The notes: generated from the letters alone by a model not told the origin. Counted from the first letter of the stretch, positions 24,450-37,698 are shown. The stretch: 64,000 nucleotides of DNA from Bispira polyomma (GCA_965649765.1 OZ287749.1:21824001-21888000); one strand, 5' to 3'. A program made the numbers and translations.

Positions 24450-26444
24450 TATATACTAGTAAAATATAAAAGCCGATAAGTGTGGCTCATATACAGTCTG
24501 AAATATAGTTGTATATAAAACCTTAACAACTGATAATACATTTGCCATGTTATTAAAAAATTGCAAAACCACTGCAGAGTAAAACTGCTTCCTTATTTCC
24601 CCCACACATTATGAGTTTATTTGTCAGATATAATTTTTTCCTAAAGCGAAGGTTAATGGCTTTATGAGTTTACATCGATCATAAACACCCTATAACTAAC
24701 AATTGATACATTGTTGTCACGAAGTTATTATGAAAGAGATAAATTCTTTGAAATCTCTAGTGAATTATTGTTTTATTTTTAAATAAAGTTTCTATAGTGG
24801 GAAGTGTTTGGCATGTGTGTGTTTGTGTGGATATGAGGGGGGTGGCTGTCGTGGGTGGATGCTTTAAAGCCCACAGGTCACATCAAAGAGACAAATTAGA
24901 GCTGATGTGGCTGTAATTAGTGTGCCTCATAGATAGAGATACTTTACCTTTGATAGTTGAATGTCGCTTTAAATACTTGTACATTATGAAATGGAAGACT
25001 TTTATTTATTGATGGGGAAAACCACAACATACAGTTAGTCAATCAACGTCCTTCAGCATGAAAAGACATGGAAGCATAGGCTAAAGGGAATTGAAAAGCT
25101 TGGACAATGTTGCAGACATACTAAAAAAAGCAAAAGAGAGCTCCATGCTAGAGGTGAAGACAACCACAGCTGATCAGCTGCTTTGTAAGTAACACACAAT
25201 TTTAGGTCCCAGATAAGGGGAACAGAATAGGGTTTTCGTTTGTTTGGGTTTTACATCACTTTTCAGCATCTAAGGATAAATCACCATGAGCAAATTTAGT
25301 GATAGTCTTTACCTGTTGGTTGGCCTGGTAATTCCCGCTTGTAGGTAACAGGCATGTTGCACAGAAAACTGTTTCACAAACCTCCATAATTTTAAGAAAA
25401 CTCCGTAAGCCTTAAAACCTTGGTCTCATATACACAAATATTTGCCCCAAATATATCACAAATAAATATTTACATTTTGTGACAGACAGATTCCCAACTT
25501 ATGTTAAAAGTGAGCATTCGTGACAGGATGTGTTATAAACATTCAGTATGCATCAGAATGTATGGATTTGCTTACATATGTCTTGCAAATGTGAATAAAC
25601 GTGTTCATTATACCCACCTCTCATTTAGACGGATGGCCATAACAAACGCACCACGGACATTTTTGTTGCGATCAGTGACAGTAGGTTTCCACTTCATTTT
25701 TCATTCATCTACATTGGGAGCACTCTAGAAGTCTTTGTTGATATCCGTGAGTATCAGTAGCGCCGTCATGAAAAGTTTTGAAATAGTCTAAGTTTGAGTC
25801 AAGAATGCTCATTTGTGTGTGGGGGGCGTCGGAGGGGTATATGTTTTTTTTTAGTTTTGGTATGTTTATCAACAGTAGCAGTTAGTGTTGACTCTTGTGG
25901 CTTGTTCTGGCTCACATTAGTTAAAATTAATAGCAGTTAATACAAAACACTAAGAAAATGCACCATTTTGCTTCTCACAGTTTAAAGTGGGGCAAAAAAA
26001 TGACTGCGATAAGGTCAGCTACATCTATACTAGTGTAACTCTGAACCTCAAACTCTTTGAACATTATGGTATCGCATTTTGAGGCTTTAACACACAAGTA
26101 TACCATCAAAATCGAAAAAAAGGAAAAGTCCCCAAAATGCCATATAGCCAAGTTCCAAGGAAGGATGTAATGGGACCACTAAGACCATTAAGAACGGCAT
26201 TTTTCCAGCTGTTCAGGTGGGTCTGGCAGTGAGTCTATCTCAAAACTTACCTTTTTAGACTGACCTACCCCATTCATAGTTTCCACCCTTGTAGATGCTT
26301 TTTGGTAATGTTCTTTCTCTTGCCCTTGAATCCTCCCTTTTGGGATATCAGCGCTTTAGAGGATGTTCTTATCAATTTGGAGATCTACAAATGCTTAAAT
26401 TATTATTCATTATTACTCTTCTTTGGTGCATTTGTAGAATGTTA

Positions 26445-26890
26445 GTACTGGTGAGTTGTTACTCAGGAATTTACTTCAGTACATGGGAATATATTGCTCC
26501 CTCAGCTGCGAAAGGGTTAAAACTGTGAGTTCTCTTACTGGGTGGAGTCCCCCTCTGAGAAAGTGACATTGTATAGTATTATCTACATCAGTCCAGTCCA
26601 GTCACTGAGGACAGGTGCATTGTGGGAGTGGTTTCCACCCCACTACCCCTGGATCTATTATATAATGGTCCCTGGGTAATAGAGCTATTTGATGGGTTAA
26701 GTCAGAGCGATGGTCTCAATTAATTCTACACCCAGAACTAGGGGATGATAGACATAGACCCCCCACCCTCTTTACCCCCTTACACTGAGGTATATGTTAT
26801 ATAGGAAGGGCAAAAGTAGTGTATTGAATAGAGGGTGAGGATAGTTTTTATCTTGGCAAATCATTTTGCAATGACTAATATGGGTGTGTA
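26445..26890 (+). repeat. Unclassified ~430-bp interspersed repeat (copy 1)
   Basis: Roughly 90% similar by eye to 31030-31462. Confidence 0.85.
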
Positions 26891-26904
26891 CACTGTACAT
26901 GTAT

Positions 26905-27320
26905 GTAAGTTTCTCTATTCGGGTTTGCCTAAATACTTTCAACCACACTTGTGTTACTATAAGTGTAATGTTAATACCAGGCGATCTGCTCCTCAAATTA
27001 AATTCCTTTTTGTCCTAAAATATAAGTCTAAAGTGCACAGGTCAATGGTTCACTTTGATAAAAGTTTTGCAAATGATGCTCCTACCCTATGGAATAGTTT
27101 ACCTCAACACATACCTCAACACATTAGGACAGCTCCTCTATATTCTTTCCGACGCAGTTTAAATACCTATCTGTTTAATGATGCATTCCCTCCATAGTCA
27201 TTTTCCTGTTCTCGGTGGACGCATTGATGATGACTTCCTTCTCTCTATCACCAATGGTTTTTTGCACCTTAGAATTCGTTACAACTAAAATAAGCACTAA
27301 AAAAGTCTGATATATTATTA
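26905..27320 (+). mobile_element. L2-like LINE 3' fragment
   Basis: ORF 26835-27197 ends FANDAPTLWNSLP...FRRSLNTYLFNDAFPP; (att)n tail. Confidence 0.8.
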
Positions 27321-27344
27321 TTATTTTATTATGTATAACATCAT

Positions 27345-29580
27345 CGGAACTTCCAACTGTGCCATCACAGCAAAAACAAGTGATATATTTACCAAGGGGA
27401 TTGTGCTGTCTTTGGCTCCTCCAACACGTTGGTTATAATGTGTCAATGGAAGTGAAAGGGGTTGATTTAAATGTGGTATTGACTTTGACTCATTATAATT
27501 TGGCAGGTTGTCACACTTAGACTTACACAAAGGGGGCGCGGTGGCCTAGTGGTTAGCAAGCATTGTGCTTCACAATCACTGGTCTCTCACCTTTGGGATC
27601 GGCTTGCTTGGGTTCGACTCCCATCGATGCCCATGTGGGAAAGGTGGTAGTTCCTTACTGTGGGCCACTGGTTTCACTGCGGAACCTTGATAAACTGTAT
27701 GCAGTGTTTCCTCCAGCGTTTCCAACTAGCCATCCTAATATAACCTAAACAGGTACTAGAATGGACGTTAAATATCCCAATTCAAAAAAATAAAAAAGTT
27801 AGACTTTCACACATTAGCTGTCAAACAGCTTACCATGTAATACAGGCAAATATAGGACCAAATCAAAAAGTTTTCACTCATCAAAAACAATTTATACAGA
27901 ACCCTCCTCCACTGGCTCCTAGTTGATTATTATGTATTAAATTAATGTTGATTATTCTAACTTTTTAAGTCACCTAAACAAAGAACCAAAAAATCCTGCC
28001 AAACCAAAGCAATCTCACTTAAGGAAAAAAAATTATGTCTAATTTTTCTTAGCATTGCTATTACCAAATACCTATCTATCTAATTTGTTCCTTGAGCAAT
28101 CTCTTTGAAGTAGAGCAAGAGTATTTTTTATTACAGTTACTAAGTAATTTGGAGCATCTCGGTATAAATACTAGGTATCAGTAATCAAGTTACTGCTACA
28201 ATACATCTGTCGCTTTCATTTGACATATCAGTTCTCTATTGTTTTGGGGTATCAGAGTAAATTGTTGAAAACAATATAATTTAGGTCAATGTTCTTTATG
28301 GAAGACAAAACAAGACAAAGCTATGATTTTCAAAACTCAGCATTGTATTGGCCAATTTCATGGTTTTTTTGTTCAGTGAAAGTAAGGAATTTCCAGGTTT
28401 GAAAGAATATTTCAAATATATCTGGTTAATCTATAGTTTTTGGTAATCACCCCATTGTCACCCCGTTATACATGTATTTCTGTTGGAATTTATGGAACAT
28501 TGCATGATATATGTATAAATACATATGCTTATAGAATGTTGACCCTAATTTTTGTTTATGAATTTAGAGTATACTGCATCGATGAGGTAGATTGTCACAA
28601 ACAAACTTTGATAAATAGATTAACCTGTTCTGTTTGAAATGTTTCTCTGTATTCCCTAAAATATTGAAGTAAAGGGGAATTCAATGCATTGTTTGTCCCC
28701 TCTGTAACAAGATCAAAGCCAAGTTTTGTAAACAACCTCTGAGAAGAGTCGGTTGTGTACTCAACCAACAGGAGCCAATCCGTTTATATATATCACTCAG
28801 CAGTCAAATGTTGTTATCACTTTGAAGTTACAGAGTTACAGGGATGTTTTTCAACAGATTTGGGGGGCAAAAGTGAATTGAAGACGTGACTTGTGTAAGG
28901 ATGATTCAGTGTGAATGTATTATATCTATTTATCTGTCTATTTGGAATTGCAAAACGGTAGCTTCCGATTGAGAAAATGTAAATAGCATAAGTATAGATT
29001 GCGAGACATTTTAGAATGCATTTTAACAAACCCTTTTAAAGTGAAAGTTACATGTACAGACTATATCCTTTTGACATTTCTACATATATTTAAGCCATAG
29101 GAGAGTGCTTAAACGTGTACCCTTTTGATCAATACAGTCTCTTGTAGGTCAAGAAAATTGTACCAAAACTACTGATGGCTTATGAATAATTTTATGTAGA
29201 TAACTTATATATCAGCATTTGATGAAAAACGACAAATTGGCCAGTTCAAAAAGCAGATTGTAAAATAACTAAGTGAAAAATCAACCAAACAAAACAAGAT
29301 GTTGTGTGGTTTGTATTTTTGTTGTTATAGTTGAATGGATTTGTCACCTACTCTGATTGGTTACCCAAATCAAATGGTTGGGGAAATTTTGTCTGCTCTA
29401 AGTTCATTGCTGCTGTTGTGGATTTAAGACTTCCCTGTTTATGTTTTACTGGATCAGTGGTTCCATGATTTGACAAACAAGACAAGGAAAGTCCTGTATT
29501 TTCGTACCTGCCCGGGGAGAATATTAGATTTATTTTTGACAACAGAGAATCTTTAAAGGGTAATTTTAGCACGTGAAACA
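27345..29580 (-). pseudogene. Decayed duplicated segment copy A, possibly an LRR-repeat gene relic
   Basis: Collinear with 31640-31710 + 39290-41230. Minus-strand fragments look LRR-like (TQHLVLFG*FFT*LFYNLLFELANLSF; LSSIKNIDLNYIVFNNL; LGDLKKLE). The duplication is clear; the protein identity is weak. Confidence 0.35.
27532..27798 (+). mobile_element. tRNA-derived SINE, full length
   Basis: Same family as 15295; A/B boxes; imperfect TSD ttagactt.caca. Confidence 0.9.
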
Positions 29581-30479
29581 TCTCTTATATTTTATTACTT
29601 TTTGGTAGAACAATAATAAACATAAAACTAACCCCACATATGCACTTTTATAAAGATATCAATCTCATGTAATCAGCAATGTAAACTAGTCACTTTAGAC
29701 CTCCAGAAGACAACTGCCGAAACATCCCGAGTGCAGACCTCCACATGCAGGTGTCGTGTGACGTCCGACATGTCCAACTAGATTGTACCTATCACTACAC
29801 AGCAGTTAGACAACAGGGTGAGATTTGCAAAGATGAGCCACTTGTTTGGAAAGAAAATATACCAGAATGTTTTATCAGTTTTACCTTAATGCACATATTA
29901 ACATTTTTCTTGTTTAAAAAGGGAGGAAATTATGAGCAATAATCATGGAAGCCAGCCACTGTCAATATACAACTTTTTTTTGTTTGACTATATAAAGTGT
30001 ACACTTTTAGTTTAAGTATTTGTATTTTAAGAGGAATATGTTTAACATAAGCTAGCTGTGTTCAGTAATAAAAAATCGGTATCAGTTTGTTTGTGGTGTA
30101 ACTTGCTGCAACAAAGGATCACAGGTTCACATCTGATGAGAGTTGGCTTTAAATAATGAGTTTGTGTCCAATTTTGTTTGCATTTGTCTGTAAAAGTGAG
30201 GCTGACTGAGCATTAGTGTGGATTCATTCCATGTTTGTGGCAGATTAGTGACCTTATGTTGGTTGAAATGTTGTTATTGATATTTCCATGACATGTTAGT
30301 AATAGAAAGTAATACAAATGTGACATAGCAACATATGTAGGCATTATAGAAAATATGTACAATTTCCACAAAAATATCCACAAATTTTTGCTAAAAAAAA
30401 CAATTAAAATGTATGTGCAGTGTCAACAAACATCAGGGCATACCACAGAAACACAGCAAATATAAAAATCTAGAAAGAT

Positions 30480-30640
30480 GTATAATCTTGCGTCTCAAAG
30501 GTTTAAGTGGACAAAAACGTCTGAGATAAGGTCAGCTTTATCTACACCACTCAACTAAGAGGTGGTTCCATAACATGGGTGCAGCCATTAAGAAAGTTCC
30601 ATATCCAACCATTCTGGTGGGTCTGGTAGAAGGAGCAGAA
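30480..30640 (-). mobile_element. L2-like LINE 3' fragment
   Basis: Resembles 15890-16035 (ttccataacatgggtgcagcc, ccaacc.t..tggtggg). Confidence 0.5.
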
Positions 30641-31029
30641 TTTGTAAATTCAACAGGGTATAGTCAGAATATTTAAATTGTATGACCTTGTTCACCCTTC
30701 TTGAGCCATTATAAGTCATAAGTTCTACGACTGGTTTAAGATATCCTTGCCCTTATACATGTACACGCAAGGGAAGAATAACTGCACAAGTGTAGAATCT
30801 CATACTTAACCTCAAATACCACATAAATTTACTCATTTATCAAAATAACCTCAACATGGTACCATTCATTTTAATAAAACTTTCCATTAGACACTCATAT
30901 ATGCAATTACATATCTTCATTGTACAAAAATGTATATCAGGATTACTGTTGAACCCTTTCTGCAATGAGGTTCGTCGACGTATCACCAAACAGCCGACAG
31001 CCATATAATATTATTATTTTAGTTGGCTT

Positions 31030-31462
31030 CAGTACAGTTGCAGATGAGTTGTTGCCGAGGAATTTACTCCTCAGCTGCCAAAGGGTTAAGACTGTGAGGT
31101 TCCATACTGGGCGGAGTCCCCCCTCTGAGGAAGTGACATTGTATGGTATTATCTACATCAGTCCAGTCCAGTCACTGAGGACAGGTGTATTGCAGGAGTG
31201 GTTTCCACCCGACTACCCCTAGATCTATTATATAATTGTCCCCGAGTAATAGAGCTATTGGATGGGTTAAGTCAGAGTTAGGGTCTCAACTAATTCCACA
31301 CCCATATACTGGGGGATGATAGACATGGACCCCCCCACCCTCCCTCCCCCTTACACTGGGGTATATGTAACATAGGAAGTAAATACATAGTGTATTTAAA
31401 AGAGGGTGGGGATAGTTTTTATCTGAGCAAATCATTTTGTAATGACTAATATGGGTGTATAC
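31030..31462 (+). repeat. Unclassified ~430-bp interspersed repeat (copy 2)
   Basis: Matches 26445-26890; flanked by agttggctt direct repeat (31021-31029 / 31463-31471), a possible TSD. Confidence 0.85.
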
Positions 31463-32350
31463 AGTTGGCTTTCTAAGTTAAAAAGTGCTGCTTATAGATT
31501 TCCTTCAAATGTACAGATGTGATGTTCAGTGGGGGGCCTCTAAATGTGTGCAAAGACCCACAAACAGTTATAGCTTTCTGTCTTGAACTCACAACTGTTA
31601 AGACATTTTTTGCTGGTTATAAAAATACCCTGGACAATATCATCACCAGCAAGAACAAGTGATATATATGACAAGGGGCAACCATTTTGCTGTCTCTGGC
31701 TCCTCTAATACCCTGGTCCCACCAGCCGTCACGTTAGGAGACGTTTGAAAATTAATTTGCGTAAGTTTTGCGTGGTATTTGCGGGAGCTGACGTAATATA
31801 CATAAGCATACATAACCTGGCGTGAGAGTTGAGATGTAAGAACTTTATAATTTTAAACTGTTTGAGATTTGGACACGCAAGAGATGCAAATGTATGACGT
31901 ACTAAAACGTGGATATGCGTCACAGTGTGTAAATGTGCGTCATTATGACGTCCTGTTACATATAAGGACATTGTGGTATGTTAAAGCACTCTGCTAGAGT
32001 GATCTATTTATAGATTTGGGGAAACCCCTAAGCTTCTAGAAGCTGTTTCTATTTTGTTTCTGTTGTGTGTTCATATGTGTATCTCATCTCTGGAATGTTC
32101 TAGCGATTGCTTACATATTCTAGAGCCTTCTCAAGCAGTTGTATATATAAGGGTTGACAGCCTGGCCACAGACCAGAGATTATTGAGTTGATGTGCTATA
32201 CAAACTGCTATACTGTGAAACATTTTATTTCTTTTCCTGTGGATATATACTGATTACTACATATGTTTTTGTGGTGAACTCATTGGAGTAAACTAGATAA
32301 AAGCTGTGGATCTACCAGAGATTGGATTTACTGCATATTGGATATTGTTT

Positions 32351-33125
32351 TGTTACATATAAGGACATTGTAGTATGTTAAAGCACTCTGCTAGAGTGAT
32401 CTATTTATAGATTTGGGGAAACCCCTAAGCTTCTAGAAGGTATTTCTATTTTGTTTCTGTTGTGTGTTCATATGTATATCTCATCTCTGGAATGTTCTAG
32501 CGATTGCTTACATATTCTAGAGCCTTCTCCAGCAGTTGTATATATAAGGGTTGACAGCCTGGCCACAGACCAGAGTCAATTGAGTTGATGTGCTATATGA
32601 ACTGCTATACTGTACTGCTATACTGTGAAACATTTTATTTCTTCTCCTGTGGATATAAACTGTTTATTATATACATTATGTGGTGAACTCATTGGAGTGA
32701 ACTAGATAAAAGTTGTGGATCTACCAGAGATTGGATTTACTGCATATTGGATATTGTTTGCATCCTGGACTGGATAGCTTAGTTGTGCAGACTCTCTGGA
32801 TATATACATTTTGTGTTCATGGACACTGAACGGATAACAGGATACAGGCATTGTGTGGACATTGAGCGGATCTCAAGACAGATTGCTGGATACAGTGGAC
32901 AAACTTGTTTAATTGTTATTTATGTGGACAGGACTGTGGTCAGGTCAGATTGGTTTCATTATTGTATTATTGTGTGAACTATTAAGGGTATCTCAGTTGA
33001 CTGTAATTCTGTAATTGTTATTTTATTTGTTAAATAAATTTGTTAAGTGAAACTTTTTGTCTTTTCCTGTTACAACCTCAAAGCAACCGGTAATTGCTAC
33101 CACGCTTGCTCCTGTGACCGTAACA
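32351..33125 (+). repeat. 5' LTR
   Basis: TGTTAC...GTAACA; 4 substitutions seen versus the 3' LTR. Confidence 0.97.
32428..32548 (+). promoter_or_regulatory. LTR promoter: heat-shock-element cluster plus TATA box
   Basis: cTTCtaGAAg (32430), gGAAtgTTCta (32489), aTTCtaGAgccTTCt (32514) directly upstream of tatatataagg (32539). Confidence 0.6.
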
Positions 33126-33225
33126 GGAAAATTGAGGATCTAACCATTTGATCTAACTATTTTCATAGCTTTTTGAAAAATCATTTATTTTGTTGAAAAA
33201 TATATTACAGTCAACAGTGCTCAAA

Positions 33226-34855
33226 ATGGCTAGTGCTAAAGAGTTTGTACAGTCACCATCTATTGAGGTTCTAGAAACTTTTAAAAAAGATATGTTAATG
33301 CAGATAGCACAGGAATTACAGTTAGATGTGAAAAGGTCAACATGTAAACATGAACTTAAAAGGCTTATTGTTGAACAGTTAGTTGATGAAGACCTTTTGC
33401 ATGATAGTTGTTTAGAAGTGTATGAACTTCTGCCAATGGAACCTTCTGGGCAATTTGAGATCAGGCGATTAGAATTGAAAGAGAGCTAAAACTTAAAGAG
33501 CTTGAAGCTCAGCAACAACAGAGAAAAGAAGAGCTTGAGCTTGAGGCTCAAAGACGAAAAGAAGAGCTTGAGGCTCAAAGGTGAAAAGAAGAGCTCGAAG
33601 CTTAAAAATTTGAAAAAGAGCTTGAGCTTAAACATGAAAGGGAAATGAAGGCTTTGGAACTCAATGCTCGTCGAATTGCCCATGAAGAGTCCATGGCAAC
33701 CAAATTTGATTTGGGTAAAAATATGCGACTGGTACCACCTTTCAACGAGTCCGAAGTTGATAAATATTTTCAACACTTTGAACGAGTGGCTCAAAATTTG
33801 AAATGGCCCACAAACCAGTGGCTTTTATTGCTGCAAAGTGTTTTCGAAGGCAAAACCCAAGAGGCATATACAGCTTTGCCAATTTCTGAATGTAGAGATT
33901 ATGACTGTGTGAAGAATGCTATCTTGAAAGCATGAGTTGGTACCAGAAGCATATCGTCAAAAATTCAGAAATTATTGTAAGCAAGAAAATCAAACTTATG
34001 TTGAATTTGCCCATGAAAAAGAAGTGTACTTTGACAGATGGTGTAATTCTAGAGAAGTTGGTACAGACTTTGAAAAGCTTAGGCAAGTCATTTTAATTGA
34101 GGAGTTCAAAAGGGGTGTTCGTGATGACATTAAAACCTATCTGAGTGAACAGAAAGTAGAAAATTTGCAAAAAGCAGCAGCTTATGCTGATGATTATGTG
34201 CTGATTCACAAGTCCACTTTTAACAAGACTAAATCCTCTGGTCCCACAAAGAAGTTTTATCCTGAAGTAAGAAAGAAATTAGAAAATGTAGCTCCAGAAA
34301 AGAGTTCAGATAAGTTTCAAACAACAAATCAGACAATGAGTAAGGATAGGAAACCAAGGTCCTTTGCTCCTGTGTGCCATTACTGCAAAAAACCTGGTCA
34401 TGTTATGTCTGACTGTTGGCTCTTAAAGAAAAGGAGAGAAAAGGAGGCAACACCTAATGCCTTTATTTCTAGCAAATCTAATTGGCGTTCAAATCCCAAT
34501 AGAACAGAATCTAGTATTGGTTTAGACAAGTCTGAGATTAGGGATGAGTTCAAACCTTTTGTGTCTGAGGGTTTTGTATCCTTAGATAGTAGTTCCAGTC
34601 AAGTTCCCATTAGGATACTAAGAGACACTGGGGCTACTCAGTCACTACTTTTAGAAGGTGTATTGCCATTGAGTGTAAGCACTTCTACTGGTGAGAGTAT
34701 TATTGCTCAAGATATTGAAGGAGGTTGTGTAAACATTCCCTTACATAAAGTCAACTTAGTATCAGACTTAGTTACTGGTTCTGTTGTGGTGGGTACCAGG
34801 CCCACTTTACCCATTAAAGGGGTGTCTTTGCTGTTGGGAAATGATTTGGTGGCAA
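33226..34855 (+). pseudogene. gag and aspartic protease of the Gmr1-like element (stops/frameshifts)
   Basis: LVPPFNESEVDKYFQHFERVA, VPEAYRQKFR, zinc knuckle CHYCKKPGHVMSDC, protease ILRDTGATQSLL...LLLGNDL; breaks near 33487, 33582, 33603, 33933, 34850. Confidence 0.92.
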
Positions 34856-34856
34856 G

Positions 34857-37698
34857 GTGGTTGCTGAACCTAAGGTTACTTCTAAGCCGATCACTTTGGT
34901 TAGCACTGAGAAATTAGAAGAGGTTATTCCTGGTATTTTTCCCTCCTGTGCTGTGACTCGAGCTATGGCTAAAAAAGCCCAAGAAGAACCAAAAGATTGT
35001 AAACAATCTACAGATATCTTAGTTGATTTATCAGATACATTCTTAAACAGCTGTGACCATGATGTGCAAAATCATAGTGATATTGACCCTAAAGGTAGGA
35101 AAGATTCTGAGAAACAAGACCAATTTGATGATCCAGATGTATCACTCTCAAAATCAAAATTGATTGTAGAGCAGGAAAATGACCCTGAATTAGCCCCTCT
35201 ATTCAAATTGGTGTTACCACCAGTAGAGCTAGATAAGGTCCCAGTAGGCTATTATATCAGAAATGGTGTGCTTATGCGAAAGTGGAGGCCGCCAAGTGTC
35301 CCTACCTCTGAGAACTGGTCAATACTTCATCAGATTGTATTACCAAAAATGTACCAAAATGATGTATTGAGGTTAGCTCATGAGTCTCCAATGGGTGGCC
35401 ATTTAGGCATCAACAAAACCTATGGCAAAATAACCAAGCATTTCTACTGGCCTCAAATCCGGCGCTGTGTGGCAGAATTTTGTAAAAATTGTCACATTTG
35501 TCAAGTTGTAGGGAAACCAAACCAAAAGATTCCTGTAGCTCCTCTAAAGCCCATTCCAGCATTTGAGGAACCATTCAGCAAGGTGATAATTGATTGTGTA
35601 GGCCCCTTACCAAAGACTAAATCCAGAAAACAATATCTCCTAACCATTATGTGTGCCTCAACCAGATTCCCTGAAGCCATACCTTTGACCAACATAACAG
35701 CCCCGAAAATTTCGAAAGCTTTAATCAATTTCTTTACTTTAGTTGGCTTACCAAAGAAGATCCAGTCAGATCAAGATTCAGTCCGTAGTCCTCTTAAGTT
35801 GTTGAAAAAAAATTGGTTATCCGAGAACTCTAAGAGCCTAAACCTGTTAGATTATGTTTCAAAGTTTAGGAGTAGGCTGAAAAAGGCTTGTGAGCTAGCG
35901 CAACAAAATTTGAAACATTCTCAGTCAAAAATTAAAAGTCTTTATGATAGAAAGTCACAAAACCGTGTTTTTAAACCGGGAGACAAGGTTTTAGTGGTAT
36001 TACCTGTCCAGGGGAACACGTTACAGGCCAGATATCATGGGCCATACAAAGTGTTAAAGAGAGTAGGTGATTTGGATTATATCATTGAAACCCCGGACAG
36101 AAGGAAGCCAACCCAACTGTGTCATGTAAATATGGTAAAACCATACTTTGAAAGGGGTGTGACAAAGCCTGTCATGGCTACTGACTGTAATGTGGAAAAT
36201 GACAACAATCAGGAGCATGAAGCATGGGGTGACACTCCTGATGTTGAAGTTAAATGTAAAATCAGGTTGAGTAATTCAGAGATTCTTGCTGATTTGGAAA
36301 CCAAACTGAATCATGTACCTCCAGATAAGAGGATCCCACTTAATGAGTTACTCTTGAAGTATAAGTCAGTATTTCCTGATGCCCCTAACAGGACCAATGT
36401 ACTCATGCATGATGTTGATGTTGGCAATGCCATTCCGGGCAAACAGCACCCATATCGTGTAAACCCGATTAAACTTGAAAAATTAAGAAAAGAAGTGCAA
36501 TACATGTTGGACAAAGATATAATTGAACCAAGTCAAAGTAGTTGGGCATCTCCTTGTGTTTTGGTCCCGAAGCCTGATGGTTCTATCAGATATTGCACAG
36601 ACTATATAAAGGTTAATGTTTTGAGTAAAACCGATTCATTTCCTATCCCAAGAATGGAAGACTGTATTGATCGGATTGGTAAAGCCAAATATATCACAAA
36701 ATGTGACTTATTGAAAGGTTACTGGTGTGTACCTCTTACCGAACGGGCAAAAGAAATATCAGCATTTGTAACTCCCGATGGTCTGTATCAGTACAAGGTA
36801 ATGCCATTTGGCATGAAAAATTCCCAAGCTACATTTCAGAGACTAATGAATATATGTTTAAGGAACTTAGAAGGGGTTGAAGTGTATGTGGATGATATTG
36901 TCATCTTTAGTGATATTTGGGAAGAACATTTAAAAAGACTTGAACAAGTTCTATTTCAGCTCAAGCAAGCCAACCTTACTGTGAATCTATCGAAAAGTGA
37001 CTTTGTAAAAGCAAAGGTTGTTTACTTAGGGCATGTAGTTGGTCATACATAGAGTTGTGACACCAATTAAAGCAAAAGTTGAAAGCATCATTGACTATCC
37101 CATTCCTAGAAATAAGAAAAGTTTAATGAGGTTCCTGGGAATGTCAGGTTATTATAGAAAATTTTGTAAAAATTTCTCAGATGTCACTGCTCCACTGACT
37201 GAGCTCTTTAAAAAAACCGTAAAATATCACTGGTCTGAAGCTTGTCAAAAAGCATTTGACAAAGTAAAAAATGTTCTCTGTTCGGAGCCTGTACTAACTG
37301 CTCCAGACTTTAGTAGGCCATTCCGGCTAGCTGTGGATGCCAGTGATGTTGGGGCAGGTGCAGTTTTACTGCAGACTGATGATGAAGATATTGAACATCC
37401 CATTTGTTATTTTTCAAAAAAATTTAACGTACATCAAAAGAATTACTCTACAATAGAAAAGGAATGTTTAGCCCTCATTCTAGCTATTAAACACTTTGAT
37501 ATATATATCTCTTCATCATCAAAACCAACTATTGTGTACACAGATCACAACCCTTTAGTATTCTTGCACAAAATGAAAAACAAAAACAGACGTTTATTGA
37601 ATTGGAGTTTGGTTTTGCAAGAATACAGTTTACAAATAGAGCATGTTAAAGGAAAGGATAACATTTGTGCTGATGCTCTATCCAGAAGTTGTAGTTAA
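34857..37698 (+). pseudogene. pol: integrase (core deleted) - RT - RNase H
   Basis: IN HHCC (AHESPMGGH...CHIC), IDCVGPLP, QSDQ then jump to VRSPL, GPY motif; RT CDLLKGYW, MPFGMKNS, YVDD; frameshift near 37048; RH VDASDVG...ADALSR. Confidence 0.95.

Noticed and set aside
28415-28465. Plus-strand SIVFGNHPIV resembling the GHP motif of negative-strand RNA virus L proteins
   Set aside because: No downstream polymerase motifs (for example GDNQ) found in either copy
31040-31180. Hammerhead-like CUGAGGA/CUGAUG on the minus strand of the 430-bp repeat
   Set aside because: No correctly placed GAAA and stem II/III
32783-32977. Recurrent 64-79 aa ORF (also 19782, 38699) and the ~60-aa ORFs in SINEs and A/B repeats
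   Set aside because: Recurrence is explained by repeat copies; mostly non-ATG starts and no recognisable domain
31954-33125. Apparent tandem LTR duplication as an assembly error
   Set aside because: The outer LTR has its own diagnostic variants, its other half lies at 38672-39049, and both layers have TSDs
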